From Camelus dromedarius (lineage: Eukaryota), in contig NC_087447.1 of assembly GCF_036321535.1 (NCBI RefSeq), positions 41,170,001 through 41,234,000 of the forward strand: a stretch of 64,000 nt of DNA, read 5' to 3'. Position 1 is the first letter of the stretch; the number at the start of each line of letters is the position of its first letter. The notes beneath the pieces were generated by a model. That model was not told the origin of the DNA and did not search any database. It worked only from the letters and a program-made list of their open reading frames with translations. Shown piece after piece: positions 52,102 through 64,000 of this stretch. A program made the position numbers and the translations under genes.

Positions 52102-52640
52102 TGTGCATTAGCTCTTGCTTTAATAACAAACAACAAAAAGCACAATTCTCATAGCTTATAAATATAAACCCTTATTTCTCACTACACAGAGGGTCAGGCT
52201 GTGGGTTGGGTTGGGTCTGCTCCACATTTCTTCTCATTCCAGGACCCAGGCAGAAGAAACAGCCCTTATCTGGGACATGTTCTGCTCGTAGCAAAGAGCA
52301 GAAACTCAGCGGGGGAAGGGTATAGCTCAGCGGTAGGATGTGTGCCTAGCACGTATGAGGTCCTGGGTTCAATCCTCAGTACCTTGATTTAAAAACAAAC
52401 AAACAAACAAACAAACAAACAAACAAACCTAATTACCTCCCCCCTCACACACACAAAAAAAATAAAAAATGTTTAAAAAGAGCCAAGCCAAATCAGACAT
52501 TCATGTTTAAAACTTCTGCTCAGACATAGCATAAGTCATATCATTCACATTTCATTGGCCAAAGGCCAAAGGCAGCCCAAGTCAATAAAGAAAGAATATA
52601 TAATCTTCTTACTGGAAAGGAGGAAGTGAAAAACTGTAAT
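52102..52640 (-). mobile_element. MLT1 relic with nested SINE
   Basis: taacaaacaac...cttatttctcac...ctcattccaggacccagg...cacatttcattggcc. Confidence 0.75.
52311..52480 (+). mobile_element. tRNA-Ala-derived camelid-type SINE with (AAAC)n
   Basis: gggtatagctcagcggtag...gaggtcctgggttcaatcc, (AAAC)n, cctaattacctcccc. Confidence 0.93.
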
Positions 52641-53084
52641 CAATGCAATCTACCAGATGATGTTTAAGAAAGCTACGTTCAGTATCAAGATACAATATCT
52701 GTTTTCTTATTTTTTCTTCAGTACACATGTACTATACGTGTAATTAAAAAAAAAATGAAAAGTTGTAAAATGCTAGGGTATCTTGTGGATATTGGGAATC
52801 CTTGAGGAGGGAGCAAGCTGATTCCTGGAAAGAGGAGGGCACCTATGCTGACGGAAGGAGGAGGAGAATAGAATGCAAAAAGCAGGGAGCTCTTCAAAGA
52901 ATATGTGAGTTTAAAAGAAGCGATGGCCAGGGAACTAAGTAGATGACAAGTACATCCACAATGAAAGCCCTAGAAAATCATCAACAGCAGGTTGATGAGC
53001 AAGTGAGGTCGTACCCAGCATGTACCACTCGGATAATCAGATCAGCTCAAGACCTGCAGAAGGCACAGAGCTCTCAGAACAGGG

Positions 53085-53137
53085 GGATGGATGGATGGAT
53101 GGATGGATGGATGGATGGATGGATGGATGGATGGATG
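53085..53137. repeat. (GATG)n tetranucleotide microsatellite
   Basis: Perfect ggat run. Confidence 0.95.
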
Positions 53138-53389
53138 TTAAAGATATCTGAAAGGCAAGAACTGTGGAATACTGATAAAGAATATAGATGTCTTCTAAGA
53201 TAGCCATTTCAACAGAGAGTCAAGCATTATTAAATCACTGAATATTTACTGAATACTTACTAGGCACCAGGTACCATGTCATGTGCTACAGGTACACTGG
53301 TGCACAACAAAAGAGACACAGTATCTGTACTCACAGAGCTCAGAGTTGAATGAGAAACAGATAACGATCGAATTTCAAATGGATATTCA

Positions 53390-54220
53390 GCCTTCTTTTA
53401 ATCTGATATTTTCCTAGCATGCTCACTTTCTACCATCCAAAACAAGTTCCCTCTTTTTCTCCCTCTTCAAATCCATTACCCCAATACCACTACCCCTATA
53501 CACAGCATATAACCTCCTCTCATACCTCACAAAAAAAAAAAAAAAAAAAAGGCAACTAGCAGGTCTCCCTCATCTTTCCACCAACAAAATACCAACCTGT
53601 CCACTCAATGCACATCCTCTTTACTTCCTTTCTGTTACAATGGGCAACCCCTGGATCCCATCCTCTCTTGAGTTTAGTCTGCATTCCTGCAATTATCCCT
53701 TTTCTCTCCTGCATTTTCCCTCCCTACTAGATTATATGCATAGTTACACAAACAAGTTGTAGTAGGGAATGGGGGGAAGGCAGAATTTTCCCTTCTGAGA
53801 AGAATTTGGAAATGAATGAGAGTACATTCTGGTTGCCAGAGTGACCAGGGGGACCTAGTGGGATTTAGCAGGGGCTGGGGATGCTAGTTGTGGTCTGTCT
53901 TATTTAAAAAGGAAAACTCCCTTAAACTTCACCATTTCTACCAACTATTACCAACTGATTCTCAAACCCTCCACAGGAAACTTCTTGATAGAGTTACCCA
54001 TACACATCGTCCCCACTACTTCATCTCACAATCTGTCATCCATCCACTCCAAGCACGTTTCTGGCCCCTGAGACTGCTCTTTTCAGAATTATCAGTGACC
54101 TCCACATTGCCAATCCAGTGGTCACTTCTTGGTCCTCATCTTATTTGATGTCACACAAGATTTGACCCAAATGACCACTCCTTCCTTCTTGAAAGATTGT
54201 CTAGAATAGGCATTTCAAAA
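53390..54220 (+). mobile_element. L2 relic including reverse-transcriptase remnant, interrupted by a MER20-like fragment near 53780-53890
   Basis: ctgagactgctctt...cagtgacctccacattgcc...ggtcacttcttggtcctcatcttatttga...gaccactccttccttcttgaaa is the decayed ETALL..DLH...VLILLD...DH.LLLE motif. Confidence 0.8.
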
Positions 54221-54241
54221 TAACAACACCAAATAGAACAC

Positions 54242-54472
54242 TTTTTTTTTTAACTGAAGTATAGTCAGTTACAATGGGTCAATTTCTGGTGTACAGCACA
54301 ATGTCCAAATCATACGTATATATACATATATTCATTTTCATATTCTTTTTCATTAAAGGTTATTACAAGATATTGAATATAGTTCCCTGTGCTAGAAGAA
54401 ATTTGTTTTTTTATCTATTTTTACATATAGTAGTTAATATTTGTAAATCTCGAACTCCCAAATTTATCCCTT
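54242..54472 (-). mobile_element. 5'-truncated young L1 3' end
   Basis: T-tail, actgaagtatagtcagttacaat...ttattacaagatattgaatatagttccctgtgcta. Confidence 0.92.
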
Positions 54473-55824
54473 CTTGCTTCAGCACAATTTCTATTATAGT
54501 ACTAAACAGGAACTTTAAAAAAATGTCTGCATGAAACATCAAAGCACAAAAAGTGAGTATGACACCACTATTAGGAACCAAATTAATATACCTTTTCTGA
54601 AAATCTTCCTTAAAGAAGAAACCCCTCTGACATCTGAATTTTTGACTTATTGTAGAAAACTTCAACCCTCAGAAGGAATCTTAGTGAACTTTATCTCTGC
54701 TAAAGTAAAAAATATCCAACATAAATACAATACAGAGGCTGATGTTCCCTGGTCTACAAGACCTTGATGAGTTGCTAATATTTTCACATACACGAAAGCT
54801 GATTGTGAATGATGGCATTATCCTGAATTCTGCATTGCTCAGTCAATTGAAGAAACATAGCTCCCTCTCCTTTATAGCCTCCCTTCCAATAAATATCTCT
54901 CCCACAAAAATCCTCATCCCATTTGTTTGATTTAGATCTTGGTGAAAAGAAAGATATTTTTATTTTAATTTCACGCCAGAAAATATGAAGTCATGAAAAC
55001 TCACTGAAAAGGATACACATTTTTTCAACAAGACCTTAAGAGCCAGGCCCAATGGCTGTTGCCAAATTCAATGAAGAATTGTTTGGAGAAAGAACAGAAC
55101 ATTGCTTTGGGATACAGCCAACTAGAAAGGCCGAAACATCATGACATCTCTGCCTTGTATAACCTCCCTGCCCTTGAAATGAACTCTGGAGGGAAGCAGC
55201 ATGGCCAAAGTTGACAATGAGGTAAAAAATCCACCTCCAAAAGTCATGAAGTACCCCCAAACCACACAGTTTAAACCAACCTAGTCAGGGAAAGATCCAC
55301 CTGAATTAGTGGAAAATCCAGATTCCCATTATTTCCAAGTGCAAGGAAGACCCTCTGGATTTAAGAAACTGACAAATAGAATCAAAGTTTTTTTCCACTT
55401 CTCCTTCCAAAAATGCCATTAAAATAACAAAGATATAAAATGAAGAAGAAGAAGAAGGAGAAGAACTAGAAAAATCAAGAGGAATGCTATTACCTCCAAA
55501 GAAATGTTGATGAATTCCTGAAAGATTTGAAGCAAGTTGGGATACATATAACTCGATGTACATTTAAAAAGTCTAAATATAAACATTTGACTCAATGATC
55601 AAACTGATAAAGAGGCAGATGGTGATAAAGGTGAGCACCCAACACAGGCAGAAGAGGAGAAGGAAGTAAGTGGGTAAGTTTTCCCCAAAACAATTGGAGG
55701 GGAAAAAATGGATTCAGCACAGCAGTGACATAAAGAAGAGCAGGCTAGGGGGAGCTCCAAATAATCACAGTAAAAGACTTAAGTTTTAGAATTGTGTCAC
55801 CGTCTCTTATGCTGGTCCTGTAGA

Positions 55825-57213
55825 CGAGCAGTTCTCATTGTGAGACCCATGAGAAAAAGCTGTTTTCAACATAAGACTGAGATGCTATTTGCCTTTTACA
55901 CTGTGTTGACACTTGCACTGATGGAACAAAAGTAATCGTGACACTGCTAATGCCTTAGGCACCTAACTGGTACTAGCATCCATTGTATTCTGCATCACCA
56001 GAGACAGAAGTGGTGGGGGGGGAGTCAGTTTCACAGAAGAATGCCCTTGAGGAAGCACTAAAAATTATTCATGTTATCACAATATCACCCTTTGGGTCTT
56101 TTTAATGTTCCATGTGACAAAAGGGGAAGTATATATAACTCACTTCTATTGAACATGAAAACATGATGGTTTTCTCTATAAAAAGCACTTGTACAATTGT
56201 CTGAGTTGCAAACTGACTTAGCTGCTTTTTTCATGGAACTTCATTATTTCTTGAAAGAATAATAGGCAAACAGTAGTGATCCAGACTTGACTATCTGGCA
56301 AACATCATCTCAAAAATGAGTGGAGTGAGCCTGTCACTGCAGGGAAAACAGCTGACGGTGTTCTTGCCAATGATAACATTCTAGCTTTCAAGAGAAAATT
56401 AGAATTTTGGAAAACCTGAATATGCCACCACAAGCTTGACATCATCCTAATATAACGTTAAGATTTTTTTGATGAGACCAGTTGTTAAAAAAAAAAAGAA
56501 TGATTTTTCTATTGTATAATTAAATGTATCAACATTTGAAAGATCTACATAATCAGTGAACCAATATTTTCCAAATGACCAAAGAATGATGTTACAAAAT
56601 CATGCGTGGGCAATTAAAAAGTTCAAAGTGGAAAATAGATCACTTGATTTTAATGGAATAGAATACAAAACATTCACTGCTAAGGTTTCAGAGTTCACAT
56701 TTGAACCATCCTTAAGAAACTTGCACTGGTCAAGTTTCAGTGTAGTATCAAAGAAGATTACCCACATTTGTCTCAAAAAGTTATTAAAATACTCCTCCCT
56801 TTTCCAGTTATATATCTGTGTAATGCTGAATTTTCTTCATGGGCTTCAACCAAAACAATATATTTTAAGAGACTGACTGTAGAAGCAGATGTAGGAATCC
56901 AGCTGTCTTCTGTTAAGTAGTTATTAAAGAAATTTGTAAAAATGTAAAAAACAATGCTACTCTACTCACTAATTTTTTTGGCTTTGAAAAAGTAATTTTT
57001 CATAAAATATGTTATTTACATTAACTTGTGATAGGTTTACTATTGTTATTTTTAAATAAATATCTTTTAATTTCTCTAATTTTAATTTCTAATATAATAC
57101 AGTAACTATCAAAAATAATAATAGAAAACTGTCACAAACAAAAGCTCTTCAGGGTCCTCAATAATTTTTTAAAGTGTGAAGTGATCTTGACACTGAAGTT
57201 TGGGAGAATCAGT
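55825..57213 (+). mobile_element. Charlie1-like hAT DNA transposon relic (transposase C-terminal part)
   Basis: Remnant NQYFPNDQRMMLQNHAW, ctttcaagagaaaattagaattttggaaa, end tttgggagaatcagtg. Confidence 0.9.
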
Positions 57214-58291
57214 GCTATATTCACTCTCATGGTTGCCATGGTTGGTTCCTAACTTGTGGGGTAAAAAGAAGATGGTGTGGCGGGAAAGTGAGCACAGTGT
57301 CCCAGCTGCAACCAAAGTGGACGGGAGGATGACAGCAGTGAGGCCCCTTAACTGTATCTGTTATTTGGATAGATTTCCTCATACTTTTCATGATGCTTAA
57401 AGTCCTGAGGGAACATGGGCACCCTAGGATCCATCAGCAGATGCTGGAAAAGTGACAGTTTGAGAGCAGCTTTGGGGAAGCAAATGAAAGGGTTTCCAGA
57501 CAACCCGTTTATACATGGAGCTGCTGGGGACCAAACGAATAAACTATAATGAAATGAAAAGAAAATCATCTGATTTCAGTTAGCGACTCCTCACCTTTAG
57601 GCAAACATGCTGTGTGTTTGTACACTGTGGCAGGCACTTTCTTCCTCTAGGAATTACAAGGTCAGGCCAAGAGCTAAGGTTATTAATCAATCAAGGCTTT
57701 GTGCACTTACAACCAAGAAAAGGTTAGTATCAGATTTTTTTTAAATGTTTGGATATATATGCATCTGCTACCAGATATACCCTCCTTCAGACTATCACAA
57801 TTTTTTTAAAGAAGTGATTTGTTATTCTCAGTCTAGTAAATTAATTATTACTAAATAGTGATAGAGTAAAGCTTTTCAGGTAATCTATAATGTTTCAATG
57901 ATTCCGAGAATACAGAGCTCATTCTACTAAAATTATCAGTGAAATGACTTCACTTTCCAAAAACATCCAATGTAGTTTCTTTGGAGAGTGATACAATTAA
58001 CTGCTTTTTGTATCTCAATTCTGGTGACTTAATTTGAAATTTTAAAAAGCATCTCACTGACAGAGTTGTGAGTCCTGGGAGAACTGGAAAATGGCTACAG
58101 CCCTAACTGATAACATACCATCTTAGTTTCCTACGTAATGCCCCATTTCTTATTTTTATTTTTGGTAACTAAGAGTGAAGGTTTGAGAACACCTGGGCCC
58201 TGGTCTGCTATTAGCTTTGAAATTCCCACCCCTACTTACAGGGACTGGACAGAGTTATACAGCAGTCAGTGGTAAAACTATTAAAGATCTG

Positions 58292-58624
58292 AAAAAAAAG
58301 AGGACACTAATGAACTCATCTACAAAACAGAAACAGACTCGCAGACATAGTAAACAATCTTATGGTTGCCAGAGGGGAGACGGGGTGGGAAGGGATAAAT
58401 TTGGAAATCTGAGATTTGCAAATGTTAACCACTATGTATAAAAATAGATTAAAAAAAACAGATTTCTTCTGTATAGCACAGGAAATTATATTCAATATAT
58501 TGTAATAACCTTTGATGAGAAAGTACATGAAAGCGAATATAGGTATACATATGCAGGACTGGGACATTATGCTGTACACCAGAAATTGACACATTGTAAC
58601 TGATTGTACCTCAATTTAAAAAAA
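58292..58624 (+). mobile_element. 5'-truncated young L1 3' end
   Basis: actaatgaactcatctacaaaacagaaacagactc...gacacattgtaactga, approximate TSD ta(t/g)ta(a/g)agatctg. Confidence 0.92.
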
Positions 58625-58919
58625 TAGTAGAGATCTGGAATGCACTTCTCACTTCCTTGAGCACTTTCAGGAAATTAAGACTACATATGTGTTCCCAGAG
58701 AGGAAGACTACATGTGTGTTTATGGGAGAATAAAAGACAGGGAGATTATTAAAAGGTGATCAAAAGGTGGCATTGTGTCCATTTCAGTGCCTTATCTTCC
58801 ACTCTCATTCTTGAGCTACAGAGGAGACACCATAGAGCTTGAAACAGATCCTTCTGTCTTCTTCACTAATGTATTTAATACTTTAGGGAAGGGAGGCTTT
58901 TCTGGGACCTCTCTGGAAA

Positions 58920-59823
58920 TGTAAGAAGGAGGTAACACCAACTGAATAAGAAAAACTCCATTCTGTATTTCTCCTTCACTCTCACACGACTACCACATTC
59001 ACAACACTTCTGACACCGGAGGTTTGGGGGGATCCCATGCCAAGCAATTCGGCAACAGTACCTGGGTGTCCTATAATTTAACTCAATTCTGACACTATCT
59101 ACCTGGCGTTAGATAGCATCAGATCCCACTGCTTAAGGGCTCAGTCCCACAAGACTGCCTGCCACTGCAGATGCCAACTGCAAGTAGTAGGTCCCCAGGT
59201 TACCTACAACTGCTGTCTGACTTGGCTACAAATCATAGTTTTCCATGACCTCTTCCCCTTTGGATTTGATTATTTGCTAGAACAGCTCATAGAACTCAAG
59301 GAAATACTTAACATTTACCAGTTTATTATGTACTAAAAGCTATGACAAAGGATACAGATGAACAGCCAGATGAAGAGATACATAGGGTAAAGTGTGAGAG
59401 GGTCCTAAGCTCAAGAGCTTCTGTCCCCGTGGGATTGAGGTGCATCACCCTCCCAGTACATGGATGTGTTCACCAACCTGGAAGGTTCTGAACCCCAGTC
59501 CTTTTGGGTTTTTATGGAAGCTTCATTACATAGGCATGATTGATTTAATCACTGGCCATTGGTTATTGAACTTAATCTCCAGCCTGTCTCCCTTCCCTGG
59601 AGGTCAGGGGTGGGACTGAAATTTTCAACCCTCCGATCACATTGTTGTTTCCCCTGGCAACCAGCCCCCATTCCTAAGGGCTTTCCAAAAGTCATCTCAT
59701 TAACATAAACTCAGGTGTTGAAAGGGGTTTGTTATAAATAGCAAGACATTTTTCTTGAGTTTGTCACTTAGGAAACTCCAGGATGTTAGGAGATTTGTGC
59801 CAGAAATGGGGGCAAAGACCAAC
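58920..59823. mobile_element. MER21-like ERVL LTR
   Basis: caattctgacactatctacctgg...cagatcccac...agggctcagtcccacaagactgcc, and gatacagatgaacagccagatgaagagat. Confidence 0.85.
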
Positions 59824-59825
59824 TA

Positions 59826-60304
59826 CAGATCTTCCTTGACTTAAGATGGGGTTACATCCCAATAAAACCATCATAAGTTGAAAATATCATTAAGTTGAAG
59901 ATGTATTTAATACACCTAACATCATAGCTTAGTCTAGCCTACCTTAACCATGCTGAGAACACTTACATTAGCCTACAGTTAGGCAAAATCATCTAACACA
60001 AATCCAGCTTTATGGTAAAGTGTTGAATATCTCGTGTAAGTTATTGAATACTATACTGAAAGTGAAACACAGAATGGCTGTAAGGGTTTGAGTTGTTTAT
60101 CCTTATGATCCCACAGCTGACTGGGAGCTGTGGCTCACAGCCACTTCCAGCATCATGAGACAGTCACACCACATGTCACTAGCCCAGGAAAAGATAAACA
60201 ATTGAAAATTCGAAGTGCGGTTTTTACTGGATGCATATTACTTTCCCTTCATGTTAAAGCCAAAATAATCATAAGTCTAACCATCTTAAGTCAGGAATCA
60301 TCTG
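59826..60304. mobile_element. MER47-like TcMar-Tigger element with TA TSD
   Basis: Terminal inverted repeats cagatcttccttgacttaagatgg / ccatcttaagtcaggaatcatctg, TA at 59824 and 60305. Confidence 0.9.
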
Positions 60305-60307
60305 TAA

Positions 60308-60444
60308 GCAAAACAAAAAACCAACCTGTGGGCTTAATTTCCAGAATATATAAACAGCTTGTACAACTTAATAATTAAGAAAAAAAAAAAAACCCAGTCC
60401 AAAAATAGGCAGAAGACCTAAATAAGCAATTCTCCAATGAAGAT
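60308..60444 (+). mobile_element. Isolated internal L1 ORF2 fragment without 3' end
   Basis: GLISRIYKQLVQLN remnant, homologous to 36340-36500. Confidence 0.85.
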
Positions 60445-60729
60445 GCCGTCTTTCAAACATACCGAAACTCATAATTCTTGATTTTCTTTCTAGACAGAGC
60501 TGTTTGCCTATTTCTACATTAACAGTGTTATTTTATTTTTACTATTTTTACAACTGTATAGTCTATCCTGATTATCTGGTATCGAAAGTTCCCCCTCACC
60601 GTTGTTACCCACCTCAAATTGCAGGGCTATTATCTTGTGCATTTTTTTCTCCCATAATAACATTAGAATGACTCAATTCTGACACTATCTACCTGGCATT
60701 AGATAGCATCAGATATAAACTTTTCAGAT

Positions 60730-61035
60730 TCTTTCAGTAATAATCTTGGGATTTTGACTGGGATTGAACTTAATTTATAGAGTAAGTGTAGGCGAGTTGG
60801 CATTTTTTTAATATTGAGTTTTTTCATTCTGGAGCATTGTGTGTTTTTCATTTAGTATTTAGGCCCATTATTTAGGTCTTCTTTTAGGATTTTCAGTATA
60901 TTTATATAGTTTTATTTATCTAAATCTTATTTATCTAAATCTTAACATTTCTTACAGTGTTTGCTATTCATAGTTATGTTTGCTATTACAAATAGAATTT
61001 TTTGTTCTATTTTCTAATTGTTTCTTATTGATAAG
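60730..61035 (-). mobile_element. Old L1M relic
   Basis: ttgggattttgactgggattgaacttaatttatag...ttaatattgagt. Confidence 0.75.
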
Positions 61036-61289
61036 AGCAGAGTTATTTATTTATTAAATAAGTAAATATTATTACTTATTTAATTAATTACTTATTTAAT
61101 TAGTACTTATTAAATAAGTAAATATTGATTTACTTATTTGGTTGACATGTTTATTGTCTCTCTGTTCTCTTTGTGTCTTTTATTTTCCTTTTATTAATGG
61201 AAGATTTCAAACATATAAAGAATAGACAGAATAATTATGAACCTCCATATACTCATCTCCAAGCTTCAACAATTACCTACATTCTGCCA

Positions 61290-62372
61290 TTCTTTTTTAT
61301 CTATTTATTTTTATTGAAGGATATAGTTGGTTTACAATGTTGTGTTAATTTCTGGTGTATAGCATAGTAATGTGGTTATATATATATATTCCTTTTCATA
61401 TTATTTTTCATTATAGGCTATTATAAGATATTGAATATAGTTCCCTGTGCTATACAGTGGGACCTTGTTTTTTTAATCTATTTTATATACAATATTTAGT
61501 ATCTATGAATCTCAAACTCCCAGTTTATCCCTCCCCACCCCACCCCTACTGGTAACCTTAAGTTTTCCATGTCTATGAGTCTGCTTCTGTTTTGCAAATA
61601 AGTTCAGTTTTGTCATTTTTTAAATTCCACATATAAGTGATAACATATGTATTTTTCTTTCTCTTTCTGGCTTACTTCACCTGGTATAACAATCTCCAGG
61701 TCCATCCATGTTGCTGCAAATGGCATTATTTTATTCTTTTTTATGGCTGAGTAGTATTCCATTATATATATATTTAGTGTGTGTATATATATATGTATAT
61801 ATATATATACACACATATATTCAATGTAAGGTAGTTGCATATCTAGTTTTTTAAGAACTGCTAGACTGTTTTCCAGTTTAACTGTACCATTTTACATTTC
61901 CACTAGCAATGTGTGAGTTATCTAGTTTCTTTGCATCCTCACTAACATTTAGTGTGGTCTTCATTTTATATTTTAGCCCTTCTGACAGGTGCACTGTAAT
62001 GTCTCATTGTGGTTTTAATTTATATTTCCCTAGTGGCCAGTGATGTTCAACATTTTTGCATGTGTTTAGTTGCCCTTTCTATACTCTCATTAATGTAATA
62101 TGTCTTTTTTTAGAAAAATATTATCGACTTTTGAGAGTTCCTTATATATTCTACACACTAGTCCTTTGACAAATAAGTGGTTTGCAAATATTTTCTCCCA
62201 GTCTGTATCTCATCTTTTCATCCATTTCACATGGGGTTTCGCAGAGCAAAATTTTTAAATTTTGAAGACCAGTATAACAAGTTTTCCTTTTATGGATTAT
62301 ACCTTTGGGTTGCCTAAGAACTCTTTGCCTAGCCTTAGATCCAAAAGATTGTCTGCTATTTTTTCCTAAAGT
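61290..62372 (-). mobile_element. Young L1 3' end (61290-61770), TA tract, then older L1 ORF2 relic
   Basis: Minus peptide IMEYYSAIKKNKIMPFAATWMDLEIV, then tgtaccattttacatttccactagcaatg. Confidence 0.9.
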
Positions 62373-63159
62373 GGTAAATAAGGGGAATGGGAAGGAGAGG
62401 AGGAGTTAAAATGAGATCACACCTATCTCCTTTTTGCTCAATTCTGCACTTAAAAAATTATAATAAGAACAATCTCTTGTGAAAAGTTTGTAATTACAGG
62501 TTTTTTTAAGAATCCAAGCATCCAGCACCTCTCTGAGCAGTGCTACTGCATAAATTCAAGACACTGATCACCATTGTTATTATCAACAGTGCCCTTACCC
62601 TTCACAACTATCAACACTTATGTGCCTTTCATCAGAGAAATTTAAACAAGATTTATAAATAGAGGTTCATTTATTCACAGAGAACACCTTTGATGCAAGG
62701 CTATAATTCGAAAATACAGACATAATAAATGACTTGCCCAGATTTTCAAACAAGCCAGGAAATGATCCAGAGCCAGAATTCCACTCTCATACGAATAAAT
62801 ATATATACTGGCTCTCGGCACAGCACCGTGAATAACCCCGTCCCCTGGCATTTTAGTCTCTCCCCAAGTAATTGAGTGTTTAAATGACTTGCAAACCTTC
62901 ACTATGACTTTAAAAATTGCCTATGGCTGGCATTCTTTTTAAAGGGATGGCTTTTAAAAGTTTAACATCAACCTTCCAAAGAAAAGAAGAGAGTAAGATT
63001 AGTTTTCACCTTCTGGAAGAGGACAACCCTAGAAGAACATAGTGCTTTTCCAAATGACAGTTCAGATCACATTATTCAGCCTAAAATCAATAACCTAGCA
63101 GGAATACTCTACAAGTGCATTAGCCTAAATTTCTAAAGAAGCCTAAAAGACACTGATCT

Positions 63160-63365
63160 AAATCAGGAAAACTGATTCAAGCCCTGCCTCTGCCAGTAAC
63201 TGTGTGTGTGGCCATGCATAACTCCTCTAAATCTCAGATTCCTCATTTGTAAAGTAGGAATAAGAACAGCTCCCTGCTTAAGTAAATGGGTTGTCTCAAA
63301 GTTCAAATAAGAGAGATTGTGAAGGTGCTCTGTACAGTAAGAAGTTGCAGATAAATTACTATTAA
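63160..63365 (+). mobile_element. MIR SINE
   Basis: tctcagattcctcatttgtaaagtaggaataa. Confidence 0.8.
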
Positions 63366-64000
63366 TGTATGAAACCCGAGTCCTTGATGCAAGCATACTA
63401 CCTACTCTCTCCACCCACAAAGTGAGAAAACATCTGATTTGCCACATTCAAGCCTCTCAGTGTGGGTCCCAGTAATTTGTTTTTTCTAGACTAACTGGTC
63501 TCAACTGCAGTGTCTAGAAAAGGATCATGTGGCATTTCTTTGTGAAGTGTGTCATGCTTTAAAGTGACAAAGTGACTTAAGCTTTTATAAATTAAAGAGG
63601 ATTATGCTAGAGATGTTTCCCTCTGCAATATCTGCCGTAGTCCTGTTCTGAGGGAATGGCCCCCTCCTTCTGCTGCTCCCATGATCCTTCCTTAAACACA
63701 ACCAGAGCTGGATTAAAAGGTGGACAGTTGGGCAGTTGCCTAGATCATAATTCTAAAAGGGGCACTGAAATATCACTGGAATAATTAGTAACTATACAAA
63801 TAGTTAAGGTTTCCATGGTCAAAATCTTAACACAGGTAGAGGAACATAAATTTGCTCCCGCTTGAAATACAGCACAGGGAAGATGAAACTAAAAATAATA
63901 GTGTTACTCTGACATTTATTGGATGCTTATTACAATGCCAGGCTGTATACCAAGTGCCTTACACACATGACCGCATTTTAACCCAGCAATTATTGTATGT

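Noticed and set aside
54480..55600. A-rich unique stretch considered as an endogenous viral element or processed pseudogene
   Set aside because: The plus-strand frames I translated have frequent stops and no motif I could match to bornavirus or filovirus nucleoproteins or to a cellular protein. BLASTX would settle it.
56556..56876. 106-aa transposase-like ORF as a domesticated gene
   Set aside because: It is a frameshifted fragment of a decayed Charlie1-like element.
1..64000. CRISPR arrays, operons, rRNA genes or intact ERV/L1 coding units
   Set aside because: None seen. The window is eukaryotic non-coding DNA with only truncated elements and solo LTRs.

Overview
Repeat-rich, gene-poor mammalian genomic DNA, either intergenic or deep intronic. 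The species is probably a camelid (camel, alpaca or llama): six young tRNA-Ala(AGC)-derived SINEs with the 'aaacctaattacctcccc' tail resemble Vic-1, and I saw no Alu, Bov-tA or PRE-1. This is an inference. The window holds many MIR and L2 relics, old L1M/HAL1 pieces, younger 5'-truncated L1s (several with target-site duplications, TSDs), MaLR/ERVL solo LTRs (MLT1, LTR33-like, MER21-like), DNA-transposon relics (Charlie1-like, MER5, MER45-like, MER47-like) and microsatellites. I cannot support any protein-coding gene. The supplied ORFs are decayed L1, L2 or Charlie frames, low-complexity artefacts or chance. I found no convincing novel biological system. The best directly visible oddities are: (1) a cluster of templated and inverted micro-duplications around 60.3-61.1 kb; (2) an old local duplication or conversion of an L1M+MLT1 junction (19.1 kb vs 32.6 kb); (3) a SINE with an internal inversion; (4) an RFX/FOX/MYB motif cluster next to a perfect minus-strand splice donor, which may start an unannotated spliced non-coding transcript. 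Repeat subfamily names come from recalled consensus sequences, not a database search, and most boundaries are approximate.
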